From NCBI GenBank assembly GCA_030704615.1, contig CM060733.1, forward strand, positions 43,896,001-43,960,000: 64,000 bases of DNA. Direction: 5' to 3'. Source of the stretch: Takakia lepidozioides. Lineage: Eukaryota > Plantae > Bryophyta. Each line of letters begins with the position of its first letter. Positions within the stretch are counted from its first letter, which is position 1. The position numbers and the translations under genes were made by a program. Under the pieces are notes generated by a model. The model worked only from the letters and a program-made list of their open reading frames with translations. It had not been told where the DNA came from and ran no database searches. Shown here piece by piece: positions 48,790-61,189 of this stretch.

Positions 48790-51700
48790 CTCTAGTTATT
48801 CCGGTATGGGTGATGTACTCTTTGATCTTAATGGTGTGAGAGGTCCAGATGATTCCCCTATGTCTATTCCTCTCTCCCAAAGATATGGATAATTAGCTTT
48901 CAGATAGCTTTCTCCTTTTGCTGAATATCTCTGGCGTCTAGCTTCTCTTTCATCACTCATGTCCCATGTCTTTCATTTCTTTTTAATGTGGCAATAACCA
49001 AAACTCTCTTCTGTAATATCTCTCGTATATGCCTGGGTTTCTTTCAAGCTTCAATGCACCCTTGGCTATACTTGAAGTCTCCGTTACCATATAACCATAT
49101 GGCAAACAAGTCTGGAAAGCTGTTCTTGGTGTGAGTTTGATCCACAAAATATCCTTTGGAATCCAATTCTTTACCAGTACAAGCTCTTCATGCATATGAG
49201 TATAAACATTCACCTTTCTTTCCTCCTAGCCTTAAAACTCTACTCGCTTAATGGATAGCAATGGTATCACATAAACCAATGTTGGTAACCAACGTGCTCT
49301 TCCTCTACAGGCCACCTGATAAATCTTTATCACTCCTTTCTCCAGACCCCACTCAGGGTCAGCATCATGCACTCTCTTAAGAATGTTTTCTTTACAACCA
49401 TCTGGCAATTCCAAAAACCTCTGGAAGAATCGTTTGGACAATCTTTCCTTCTTAGTTTCACAAGGAATTTGATTCACATCAAATTCTTTAATTTTCCAAC
49501 CACCATGATCCCACCAGATGCCTGTCACATCTGGTTGTTCCTGACCCAGTTCCCCAGTATGGTCGCCAAATGAGGCGCGGCTTTTACTCACCCATCCCTT
49601 CGCTATCCGAGGCGGAAACTCCAAGATAGAAGAGTTGGAAATCTCTAAGTACTCAGCCCGCTCAGAACAATCAGTCATGACCTACAGCTAGTGTATCATG
49701 GGGGTGTTTCCTATTTGTTTTCCTTCCCGCATTCATGTTAGCTAGCTACCTTAGTATTGATAATTAAGTATCAGTTTGCTTCTTCAATCTATCGGATACC
49801 ATCAACTCATCCATTCATTCCACAGCTTCACTCAGATCTCTCTACACAGTGTGAGTATGAAGTGTGTATCAGATTAATATCTATCAAGTATCATGCTAAA
49901 GCCTTGGAGTCTCTAATCTGCTCTACATTATAATTCTACTGCTTGCTTCCATTAAGCATCAAAGATCATCCTCCTCCTACTCCGTGCTCTCCCTCTTTCT
50001 GCTCAAAGATACGCTCTCTGCCTCATTTCCCCCAGTGTTGTCCGAAGTCCCTTGGCCCAGTCATGTCAAGAAGTGATCATCCTCCTGTCCTCGCTCCCCG
50101 CTTTATTTTCCTACCCGTTGTTCTAACCGTTTCCCTCACTAACCGTCACCCTTGAACTACATGTTCCATTCGTAGATGTTGTTCCCCTCAGTCGTTCCCT
50201 GTCCTGCTATCCGTTCCCTATGGTCGTGACAGCTGTGTCAAGCTGTGACTGGCTGTGTGAAACTGTGACGGACTGTGGCTAGCTGTGCGACTGTGTTGGG
50301 CTGTGTCGGGCTGTGTCGGCTGTGCGAAGCTGTGACGGGCTGTGTTGGCTGTGACGGCTGTGTAACCCCCCTCTAAAGTGTGCTGCTGTCACCCCTAAGG
50401 CTCCTGTTGGTCTCAGTCTGTGCAAAAATTAAGGGTACCCCACAGATCTCGTATAAGTGTCTAAGTCCCAGACAGTCCTCTAACAGTGCTCTCCCTCTTT
50501 CTGCTCAGAGATACGCTCTCTGCCTCATTTCCCCCAGTGCTGTCCGAAGTCCCCTCCCCCGGTCATGTCAAGAAGTGATCCTCCTCCTGTCGTCGCTCCC
50601 CGATTTATTTTCCTACCCGTTGTTCTAACCGTTTCCCTCACTAACCGTCACCCTTGAACTACATGTTCCATTCGTAGATGTTGTTCCCCTCAGTCGTTCC
50701 CTGTCCTACTATCCGTTCCCTATGGTCGTGACAGCTGTGTCAAGCTGGGACTGGCTGTGTGAAACTGTGACGGGCTGTGACTGGCTTTGCGACTGTGTTG
50801 GGCTGTGTCGGGCTGTGACTGGCTGTGTGGCTGTGTCGGGCTCTGTCGGGCTGTGACTGGCTGTGTTGGACTGTGACGGACTGTGTTGACTGTGTCTGGC
50901 TGTGTCGGCTGTGCGAAGCTGTGACGGGTTGTGTTGGCTGTGACGGGCTGTGTTGGCTGTGACGGCTGTGTAACCCCCCTCTAAAGTGTGCTGCTGTCAC
51001 CCCTAAGGCTCCTGTTGGTCGGGGGTTGCTATTCCATGAGCTCATGAGCGGGCATGGCTCACCCATGAGCCGCAAAGTAACACACTTCGAATTTCGGCAG
51101 ATTTTTTTCGGGCCCAAAACTATAAAATAATCAAAAATCGAAGATTTCCGCGCTCATGCTCGAAGCACTCCGCTCATGAGTACCAGTGTACGCTCATGAC
51201 TTGGAGACGAGGCTCATGGACCGCTAGGCCAAGTCATAGAAAAACTGAATTCTGGGCAATAACGGCACCGAAATTATCCCAGAGGCAGAGACGCAAGCGG
51301 AATTAGGATCCGGGTTTGCAGACTCCGAAAACGCAATGGCGACCTATAACCGTGGATAGTACTGTTGCAGAAGTACATGATGGTTGGGTATAACGGCGCC
51401 ATAATTGGGCACAGGAAAAGAAATAGCCGACTGAAGGCTCGGGAGTGAAGCCAACAACGGTGAAAGTAATTGGGCTCCACCAACCAAATACCCAGAGTGC
51501 AGGCGATAACGGCGCCGAAATGGGCCCCGAAAACCAAATACTCGGTTGAAGCCACCGGAGTGCAGCCGATAACGGCGCCAAAATTGGGTCCAGAAACCAA
51601 ATACCCGGCTGAAGGCTAGGGATTGCAACCAATAACGGCGCCGAAATTGACCTGCGGAAACAAAATTCTCGGCTGAAGCTTCCGCACTCCATCCAATAAC

Positions 51701-51833
51701 GGCGCCAAAATTGGGCTCCGGAGAGCAAATACCCGCCTTACGGTAAGGGAGGCCTTGCTCTCATTTTTCTCTTCACTCTTCTCTGTTGTGCCCATCTCCT
51801 CCCTGCTTTGAGTTTGTGCTATGTCGTGAGGCC

Positions 51834-52331
51834 ATGTCGTGCCCGAATCACATCTATCGATGCCAGACGGGAGTCATTTTCCCGAAAGCACACGACATCA
51901 TTGTTTTCCTGGATGTTTACAGGGACGATCCTCGACTTGTCCAGCTGAGAGCAATGGAGTTTCTTCCAGGATTGCACGATTCTCCTGGACCCCGGCTGGG
52001 GAGCAGGTGGTTCCTACGCATCATGGACCTGGACTTTCCGCATGAGTGGGAGCCGAACAGATCACGCACAGCGTTGCTATATCGCTGGAATTGTTGCGAG
52101 TGGACGTATGATGAGTGCATAGGTGAAAACTTTACGCGTGGACGGACTGGCTCGGAAAGTGGGGACATTCTCTTCAGTTATGAGGATGAGGAGGAGGGGA
52201 ACACAGGGCCCACTGTGAAAATGTCCTTCTACCAAGGGGGCGCTATCGATAAACACGACATCCTCGTTAGTTTCAACCGGGCGACAGAAACCACTGACAT
52301 TTTGTTCAAATATAGGCACCCGGTCACTTAG
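51834..52331 (+). CDS. Orphan 165-aa ORF inside element E
   Basis: GCCATG start, uninterrupted non-repetitive ORF; no recognised domain. Confidence 0.4.
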   Translation: MSCPNHIYRCQTGVIFPKAHDIIVFLDVYRDDPRLVQLRAMEFLPGLHDSPGPRLGSRWFLRIMDLDFPHEWEPNRSRTALLYRWNCCEWTYDECIGENFTRGRTGSESGDILFSYEDEEEGNTGPTVKMSFYQGGAIDKHDILVSFNRATETTDILFKYRHPVT

Positions 52332-53068
52332 GAGGTCCTTGAGAGGCCAGTTAGAGTTCCTTTTTCTTGGGCGAGGGGACCATAGGTCTTGCATGCTAGA
52401 GTAGACATGTTTCGACTCGCCGACACTCATGGCACATACATTTTCATTCAGAAATCAAGCAACTTCCCTGTGCCATATGGGGAATATACATGCTTGGATA
52501 ATCTTCTGTTAAGGTTTTTTGCAATTCACTGCCAGTATGCTGGGACGTGTCCTTTGTCGTATGGATTGCTGTTTGCACAAGGTGCAGTATGCAAATGCTG
52601 GAATGTGCAGTAGGACCCTTTCCACTGGGACACAGAACTAGCAATCTTGTAAAGGCATCACATTTGCAGAACAGTAACAATGTATTTGTAGCAAATTGGA
52701 GTCTTCTCATAAAGGTGGACGAAAACGCCAGGATGGGCTGCGAAATCACTACAAATTGAATGAAGAGCAGTAACAAGGAAGCACTATGCAGTACATAGAC
52801 CATAAACGGCGCTGAAATAGGCCTCAATGCCCGTTAATCTCCACACAATGTATGCTTTACTCGGATCCATTTGTAGACAACCAAAATTAAAAAAAACATG
52901 CGCATGCCATTCATGGCCAAAAACCACATTCTCATGTATTGCGGCACCGAAATTCACATGTAGCCATGGCGATGCGGCACCACCAAGTGTATAATTCCTC
53001 ACAAAAAATAGGGTGCAAGAAGATGAATGTAATATAATTGTCACTTTCTCCTTCCCGAATGTGGAATG

Positions 53069-53470
53069 TCAAGCAGTCCGACCAGTGTCCTGCCGTAGGG
53101 CCTTGTGCAGCTCGTTGAAACTCAGTGTTGGAGCATGGATGAAGACGTCCACTGCGGATATGCAACTCATGCGCTTCAGAAAAATGTAATAAAGGTGTTT
53201 GCAGGGGACGTATGCTGCATTCTTTGATTCCATAACAAGGAAGTCCTCACAGTTGCAAGCTGGGTACTGTGAAACCATGATTGTATACACGACACTGCGC
53301 GCAGCAGACCCGGCTGTTGACAACTGAAATATGCGCCCCATCCCGGTGTGAGGAACATCCCTGCAACCTTGCACTATGCAGGGCATTGCAAGAGCGTTGG
53401 CCATCCTGGTGTCGTTCGCCTTTGTTGGTGGCCGCCGTCTTTTCAGTTTCCCCACCGATGGGTGGGCCAA
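53069..53470 (-). pseudogene. SWIM-domain 3' end of the E transposase (remainder deleted)
   Basis: YPACNCEDF...YVPCKHLYY. Confidence 0.85.
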
Positions 53471-53859
53471 GCTGCGGGGTCACCCACCGGTATGTGGGGC
53501 GAAGAGCTTCTCGTGGGAGGAGGATGACGACTGGGAATTGGATTTCGTGGAACGTATTTTAGCTTTCAGAGAATCAGGATGGAAGTACACGTTTACCCAA
53601 ACACGGGAGTCCATGTTGAAGACGGAACCTCTCGGTACGCTCCGCAGCGAAGTCCTGCAGTGAGAAGAGTGTGTCGTACCTAATAACACAAATGATTTTC
53701 TAGAGGATTCCGTATCCAACAGGATGGGTGATCGGTGCACGTAAAGATGAAGGTATATAACGTACGTTACAAAAACGAACGACAACAGTAAGTTCACATC
53801 GGATATTTGGTGCCTGAATTGTAATGTACAACCACTTGGGCTACAATAAATCAGGCCTT

Positions 53860-55480
53860 CCCATGAATTTCGGCACCGAAATCTGGATGAACATCTCTGT
53901 CATGTAACAACTTTGGAAGCCAGGGGATGAATTCCGGCGACAGAAATAGTAATTTGTTCACCTCATGAAACTGACCAAGCACCCAACGGATGGATTTCTG
54001 TGCCGAAATTCGGATGAACATCTTCTTCATCAAATTGTTTCTGCACATGAGGGTTGAATTTGGATGCCAAAATACGGATGAATGTGTTCCTGATTACAGT
54101 CGTGATTCACCACGTGTCCGGATATCGGTGCCGACATCCGAATGACAGTAATCCTGAATCGGCAGAATGGATGTATTTCGGCGCCGAAATTCATTTTCAT
54201 CTCCTTTTCCGACCCTAATTCTGCTGCCCTGCGGATGGATTTCAGTGCCAAAATTCATCTGAAGTTTTTTTTTTTTTTTTTTTTTTTTTCTTTGCGACAG
54301 ATGAACTTCGGCGCCGAATCTCATCCAAGTACTCCCTTCTCATTTTCCTTTTCCTTCGCGAGCAATGAATTTCGGCGCCGAAATTCATCCGAAGTCCTCC
54401 CGAAAAAAAAAAATTTTTTCGCGAGCAATGAATTTCGGCGCCGAAATTCATCCGAAGTCCTCCCGAAAAAAAAAAATTTCTTCGCGAGCAATGAATTTCG
54501 GCGCCGAAATTCATCCGAAGTCCTCCCGAATTTATTTTTTTCTTCGCGAGCAATGAATTTCGGCGCCGAAATTCAACCGACTCCATCCCTCCAAATTCTT
54601 TTCAGGGTTTGAGCGCCGGATTTCGGCGCCGAAATTCATCCAATGCCCTCCCTCCAATATTTATTTTTCTTTGAAATTGATGAATTTCGGCGCCGAAATT
54701 CATCTTTATTGTCCGCAATGAGTAACTTTAATATTACATTTTCTATGCGACGAATGAATTTCGGCGCCGAAATTCATCTTTATTGTCCGCAATGAGTAAC
54801 TTTAATATTACATTTTCTATGCGACGGATGAATTTCGGCGCCGAAATTCGTCCAAACCCGACACTTACTATTTGCTTCTAGATGATATAATTTTCGGTAA
54901 ATCGTTGGAAATACCCCGTTCCGACGAAGATAACAGGAATATTCTGCATTTAATGGAGAAATCGGCATATTGAACCCCTTCTGTCAAAATTAATTGCATT
55001 TTAGCCGTTTTTTTCATTTGAAACCGACAGTATCCATTAAGTGGTCTTTTTCGCACGGGACGTTGCCGCACATAAAGTATAATTTCGGCGCCGAAATTAT
55101 AGTTAAATGTCCAGAAATGACAAGTCCAACAGACATGGACAGCATCCGTCAGGGGCAATGATGGCGGCAAAGCATAGCATGGTGCCGATTTAGTCTTTGC
55201 TCTGGATGAATTTCGGCGCCGAAATATGGATGATTTCACCTCGTCTACGCGCGGACGGAGATATTCGTAATGAATTTCGGCGCCGAAATATGGATGAAAT
55301 GTGCCCAAGTGCAGCCGTTTCCACTGTCCCGGAATTAATTCCGGCTCCGATATCCCACTGACAGGTTTGTTCATGACGAATGAGGACTTGGGAAGCGATG
55401 AATTGCGGCGCCGAAATTTGTAAGTTTGTGTACGAAATCACTTGAATAAGATGAATTTCGGCGCCAAAATTCATCCGTCC
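53860..55480. repeat. Array of the 24-bp palindrome ATGAATTTCGGCGCCGAAATTCAT
   Basis: Cores at 54310, 54374, 54437, 54500, 54562, 54625, 54689 plus dispersed copies. Confidence 0.9.
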
Positions 55481-55879
55481 GCTGATGAAACGTACCGACC
55501 TGACTGTTGAATGTCATAGGCAGGGGATTTTCATGGCGGTTGGGTTTCATGATGTGCGGATATTTCATTCAATGTCGGCTGCTCCGGGAACAGCATCCGG
55601 TGAACGGAAGGTATTTCGGTGCCGCAATTCGGATAAACCGTCTTGTACTGGTGGCTGGGACTGGCACGCGTCGTGTTCCAGTCGACTTAATCCGTGCGAA
55701 CGTATCAAGGGTCACAATCTCTTCATCACCCATACGGCAGAAAGTGGTGGACGGTGGCAACGCTTCGGGAGACGTGGCTGCTTACACATCTGCTCGTGCA
55801 TAGTGGTTGCATGTTCCACCGCTTCGCTCTCTCGCTCCTTGCCCTTCTGCAGTGACATTCTCCTGCGTTTCCTCTCTTT

Positions 55880-57795
55880 ATGCGGCATAGTGGTAGCATA
55901 GAGTTTGTGGAAGGTCAAGCAACTCCGGCAAAGAGAAGGAGGACGCGGGATTTTGGGAAGCCGCCGACGACACAACTTAAGCTCCGTCTCATGCATGAAA
56001 TGCAGACCTCGTTATCCGGAGACTCGGATCGCCCACCAGTGCGAGATTTGTGCTTTGCGGATGTGAAGCACTCCATACGCAATATTCCTTTTACACCCTT
56101 TTTTTTGCGTGCAGTGTCTCATGTTTTCCTGTTTGTTTGACATGGGAGCTGGGGAGGGATCACAAGGGGGCGAAGCAACACAGTCAACTTTGGATACTCC
56201 TGCCCGGGTGCTGCGCTCGCAAGGTGGAAGTGCATCGAGGCAGGCGAGTCCTCATTCAACACCTCAGATATCGCCTCAGAAAAGCCCACCTAGAGTTCGG
56301 AAGTCGAGGAAGCAGAAGGAGCCCATGGCTTCGCCAGTAAAACCCCTAGGGAGACTGGAAGCGGAGATATTAGGTTTGCAGTCAATTTCAAAAAACACGG
56401 ATGCGGTGGAGGCCGCTGGAGATGTGGGAGTTGGATATGCAGAAGGGCGGCCCATTGAGCTGACAGAAGGAGAGGACGACAACGTGGTACGACTTGGCGG
56501 CGATCAGAACCTGCTGGAGCTTGCGGAGGAGCAAAACCTCCAGGACATTTCCTTCTCTGCAGACTCTTATCTTTCAGGCATTTTGCTTCGTGAAGAAACA
56601 TTAGAAATTCAAATTACGTGAAACAGGAAGACTTGTTGATTCCACAGTTGATCCACTGGAGTATAACGTCCTGTTCAACCATGTGGGAGAGAAGGACATT
56701 CTTTGTGATTTGTCGGGCAAGCCATGGAGGTATGGCAGGACCAGGAGTCCTGCATTCATCCCAGACGCTCATGGAAACATGTACGGATGTTGAAGGCAGG
56801 GTCCTCAACATCACTGCAAATACAGGTGAGAACGTTAATTGAATGCGGCACCAAAATTGACACCATTTCCGTTTGTGTATGTTTGCTTGTGCGAGGAAGC
56901 GACTCATTCTTGAGTTTGGTTGTGGTTGTGTCGTATGAATTTGCAGGTGCCTGTATGTGGGCAAGAAGGATGTCAAACCGATTTGTGTTCTCATTTGAGG
57001 GGGATACGGCCTTGTACGATTACAATTTGGCGGTCTTCAGCGTTTGCCTCCGACTGAGGATCCCAAAAATGCAGAAGATGACGTGGAAGGGGAGGAGGAA
57101 GATGAAGAGGAGGAAGTCCAGGAAATTCGTTCGATGCAGGGGCGCCCGAAGCCGCTTCCCCCAATGCCTGTCTTCGAGTGAGTTGCACCATAGTAAGTGT
57201 ATTGGTTTCGGTTGTAGGGACCATGCAACCTGCCGATGATTCCCTGTTTGAATTCTCTAATGTACTTCATTCTATGTTTGTGCGTACACTCAGCCTTGCA
57301 GAGTCGTCCGACGAGGAGAAGCTGGGAGACTTGCCCGAATCGGACCCTGTTGCAGAGGAGGAGACAGAATCGCATCGGCCATTCTTTGCCAGAAAATCGT
57401 TTCTCGCGAGTCCCTAGAAGCATTTTTTTCTACCAGCCTATGCAGACACGGCTGCCAGAGAAGCCATCAGGAGGGAGGATAGGCCTACTCGGTTAGAGCA
57501 ATTGACATACGGGAATGAGCAGAGAATTATAATGAGGCGTGAGGCCAAACATAGAATTGTGAAAGGCAGAGTAGGGAAGTTCGTAATAGAATCCGCGTCC
57601 GAGAGCGAGGGGAATGTTGAGGACACTTCCGCACCCAGGTGGACAGTTCCGGCTGGTGAGGATGGTATTTTTGAGGGGAGGGCTTCTCAGAGTAACAGTG
57701 GTAGCGGCAGTGCAGGTTCGGAGGCAGGTGGAAGGCAGCCATCCTTGCATGAGGCCGGGGATGCATCGGACAGTGATAGCGGATCCTCACCATAG
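55880..57795 (+). pseudogene. Internally deleted MTase-like gene of E (ParB and motif IV region missing)
   Basis: RTRSPAFIQTLMETCTDVEGRVLNITANTG|ACMWARRMSNRFVFSFEGD; same intron sites as B; tail RWTVPAGEDGIFE. Confidence 0.8.
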
Positions 57796-60700
57796 CAAAG
57801 TCTCATTTGGATCCTTTTGTTGTACAGTTCTGAAACACTTAATGAAAATATTGACGATTTAAAAAATCATTGTGTTCAGACTGCTTGTCCAATTCCCTAC
57901 ATTTCTTCTGCCAACCAAAATGTATAATAAAAGCAGAAGAGACGCAAACTTCAGTGAAGAACCCTACAAGTAATTTATGCACACCATTGAGCCGAGAACT
58001 TGAATCCATGAAAACCCTGCCGTTTCTAACATTCCTATTGGGAAATTTGGCGCCGAAATAGCCCAATGCGCGCCTTCGTTATATGGGCCTCAAAAATTCC
58101 ACGGATGAATTACTGTACCAAAATATCGCGATGGAAGCCTTCAGCACAAGGCACTTCAGCACATTCACTTGGGTATTTCGGCGCCCAAATAGCCCGTTCT
58201 GCGCCATTAAATACCGCACTATATCACATTTTAAGAGGTAATTTCGGTGCCAAAATACCCCGGTGGATGTCTTCAAAACACCATTTTAGCACACTGCTCT
58301 TGGGAATAACGGCGCCGAAATACCTCATTCCGCATCCTGGACCAGGAGAAACAGACCCTATTACCGAGGTAAGAGGACATAACACCATCAATAAAGGCAG
58401 GAAAATTCCAATTCCGCGGATGTCCGCTCATGAGCTCATAGGCTCATGGGCTCATGGGCTCATGCGCTCATGAAATAGTAAACCTCCTGTTGGTCTCAGT
58501 CTGTGCAAAAATTAAGGGTACCTCACAGATCCCGTATAAGTGTCTAAGTCCCAGACAGTCCTGTAACATTGTGTCTAAGTCCCAGACAGTCCTCTAACAT
58601 TACCCCTTCCTCTCTCAAAAAGCCGTGTCCTCACGGTTTATTGATTGGGATTGGCAAACCTTTGTGAGCGAGCACATTTCTGACGTTGAGAGTTTCGTGG
58701 CGGACTGTGTGTACGAGCACGAGGTCTGTCACTGGTTGACGGAGATGATTGAACACTACCCGGATAAGTGAGGCCCTCTGGAGGCTGATATCGAGGTAAC
58801 CTTTCAGGCATAGGAGACCCCTGTCGCTTCTTCTCTGCCATCTGAATTGCATAGTCTTCTCCCATGTCAAAAGAATCCGCTGAAGAAACAGTTGTATGAG
58901 AATCCTCATCGCCTTTCAGGTGTTTTAATTGTCGAACTTTTTGTGGAATCCTCTGGGGCATACAATGTTGTCCTACCATGTCTGGAAGTTTATATTTTAA
59001 AACTTGCTGCAAACGCTGAATGGCAAAATTGGTGAAGACCCTGAGCTCCTTGTCTGTCCAGGTGAGTGGGGTACCGATTACTTGTGCACCGTGCAAGTAT
59101 TTCCATGCCACATGTCCCTTATAGAAAATATCATCAATGCCGAATTTCTGTGTTGACAAATTGTTCCAGGCCGCTTGAAACCATGAACGAATTTGAGAAT
59201 CCTTTTGCATCATAACTTTTGCCTCATATAGGTACATATGAGGTGGCACTGAAGGTAAGACCCAATGATCCCCACTGGAATAACTCAGAAAGCGCGATTG
59301 CATCTTGTGTTGCTCAATGTGATAACGTACCAGAAAACAAGCAGCGTAGTATAACCCGCATCCCATGACAATACTTGCTACCTCCTTGGTCTTGGTATAA
59401 ATGAATCCATGTACAACTTGGAAGGCAATTAATTCCTTCAACATTGTACTTGCCTCATGCCAGTATTGTGCAAAGTGATGATCCTCAATTGGTCGATTGT
59501 TCGGAAGAACTTTAGTCCTAGTTGCCACTGGCAGCCAAATGCGCATGATTTGGTAGTAATGTGCGAATGACTGCGGAGGACTAAATTCTTTCCAAGCCAA
59601 ATCCAACATGATGGGAATTTGGTTGAAGGGCATAATCATAGCCCTACTGTACTCCCTTGCAGCTGGAGTTTTAGGTGGGTTAAAAGCAGCATTGCCCCAT
59701 ACCTCAGGCTGTGGTGGCTGTGGTGTGGTTGTAGTAACAACAAGTTCAGCAACTGGTACAGTGACTTGTTGTGGTGTTGGTGGTACTGGCTCTTGTATCA
59801 TTGGCATCTCCTGCACCTCCTGTGAAGACTGAAAAGCCAAAGTTCTGGCTTGTAAATAAGAAGCCATTAGCTGTTCCTGAGGGATATAGACTCTTTTGTC
59901 GATATTTGAAGTGAGGTCCTCCACTTGAGTCTGCAGTCCGTCTACATCATCCTGTAACTCTGCTATCCTACTATAGACATTGTCTATAGTAATTGTGGCA
60001 ATGTTCTGCACTTGCAGTCTGAGCTCATTCATCTCGCTTTGGGTGAGCTTTCGTGGTGCTTTGCCCTCCACTGGCCCTTGTGCTAACCAGACCTGCATAA
60101 GGCTGTTATCCACCAAGTTGCTTGTGGTTCCCCTGAGAGTGTGCTCTTCTCTTAGTTTGTACACTTCTAACTGCTGTTGTAAAGCCTCCATGTGCTTTGC
60201 ATGAGGTTCAACCAAATTTGCATAGGCAGCAAGTAGATTATTAGCTTCCTTCCAAGCCTTGTTAGTGACCGAGATTTCATTTCTATTGGTCATGAGCGTT
60301 TGTTGCAACTCCAGGATGTAATTCTCTTGATCAGCTTCAATCTGCTTGTATTGCTTGAAAGTATCCTCATTGCGACAGATTGTATTCTTCATATCGACAA
60401 TGAGGTTCATTCGCTCAACATTCTTTGCTTCTGCCTTTGTACATTTTTCCGCTTGACTATTTATTTCTTTTGTAGATTAGTCAAGCATAGTTGTGAATGT
60501 AGCACATTGTATCGCCATCCTATCATGCACTGTCTGCAACTCCGTATGTAGTGCATTCACTTCTTGCAACTTGCTTTCATGCTGCACCTGCATTTGGTAT
60601 AGCTGTTGCTTATGTGCTTCGTGCAACTGGTCTTGCGCGAGGTCTGCCTAAATCAATTGTTCCTTGGCCAATTGCAAAGCCGCTTCTGTATTCTCCAAGT

Positions 60701-61189
60701 CCTGCTGCATCTTGAGAGTGACCTCTTCATCGACCTTGTTTGCACACTCAGTGGCTAGTCGAGCCTCAAACTCCTTCCTGAGTTCCTCTCTCAAGGCTGT
60801 CAATTGATTAGTTGGAACATGGGATTTGACATAAGTCCCCAACAAATTAAGTGTCCTGCCTATGGAACTCATAAGCATTGCCTGTTGAGGGTCATCATGG
60901 TGAGGTTGCTGCTATTCCCCCTGATCCTCAACAGTGTGATGTCTCACGAACCACTCAGGCCATTGTCCCACCAGATTTTCTTCCTGAACCACTTCATCTA
61001 TCACCGGTGCTGCAGTGTCTTGACATTCTACCTGTGGTACCTCCTGCACAGGTGTGTGTATTATATGCACCTCAGTATTTCCCTTGGGTAACTGTTGCCC
61101 CTCTGGAATCTCTGTCTCCTTGACCAGACCAGAATATTCATAGAGAAGGTCCCCCTTCTCAATTTCTGCCACTATCTGTTCTGTAGTGG

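Larger units (their letters stand above)
36850..50485 (-). mobile_element. R1 gypsy copy with internal gag-to-RNaseH deletion; hosts the 37110-44918 insertion; 5' LTR 49571-50485
   Basis: 36850-37109 joins 44924 onward to restore the 3' ORF. PBS at 49551-49568; LTR ends CCTCTAACA at 50485. Confidence 0.85.
51021..58486. mobile_element. Mutator-like element E with both ends, internally deleted derivative
   Basis: TIRs GGGGGTTGCTATTCCATGAGC and GCTCATGAAATAGTAAACCTC; TSD CTGTTGGTC at 51012-51020 and 58487-58495. Confidence 0.95.
50486..61189 (-). mobile_element. R1 copy: partial 3' LTR (50486-51020 plus 58496-58599), PPT, extra 3' ORF; split by E and cut by F
   Basis: The LTR sequence rejoins across E. 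ORF 58638-60410 and upstream pieces match 21967-24510. Confidence 0.85.
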
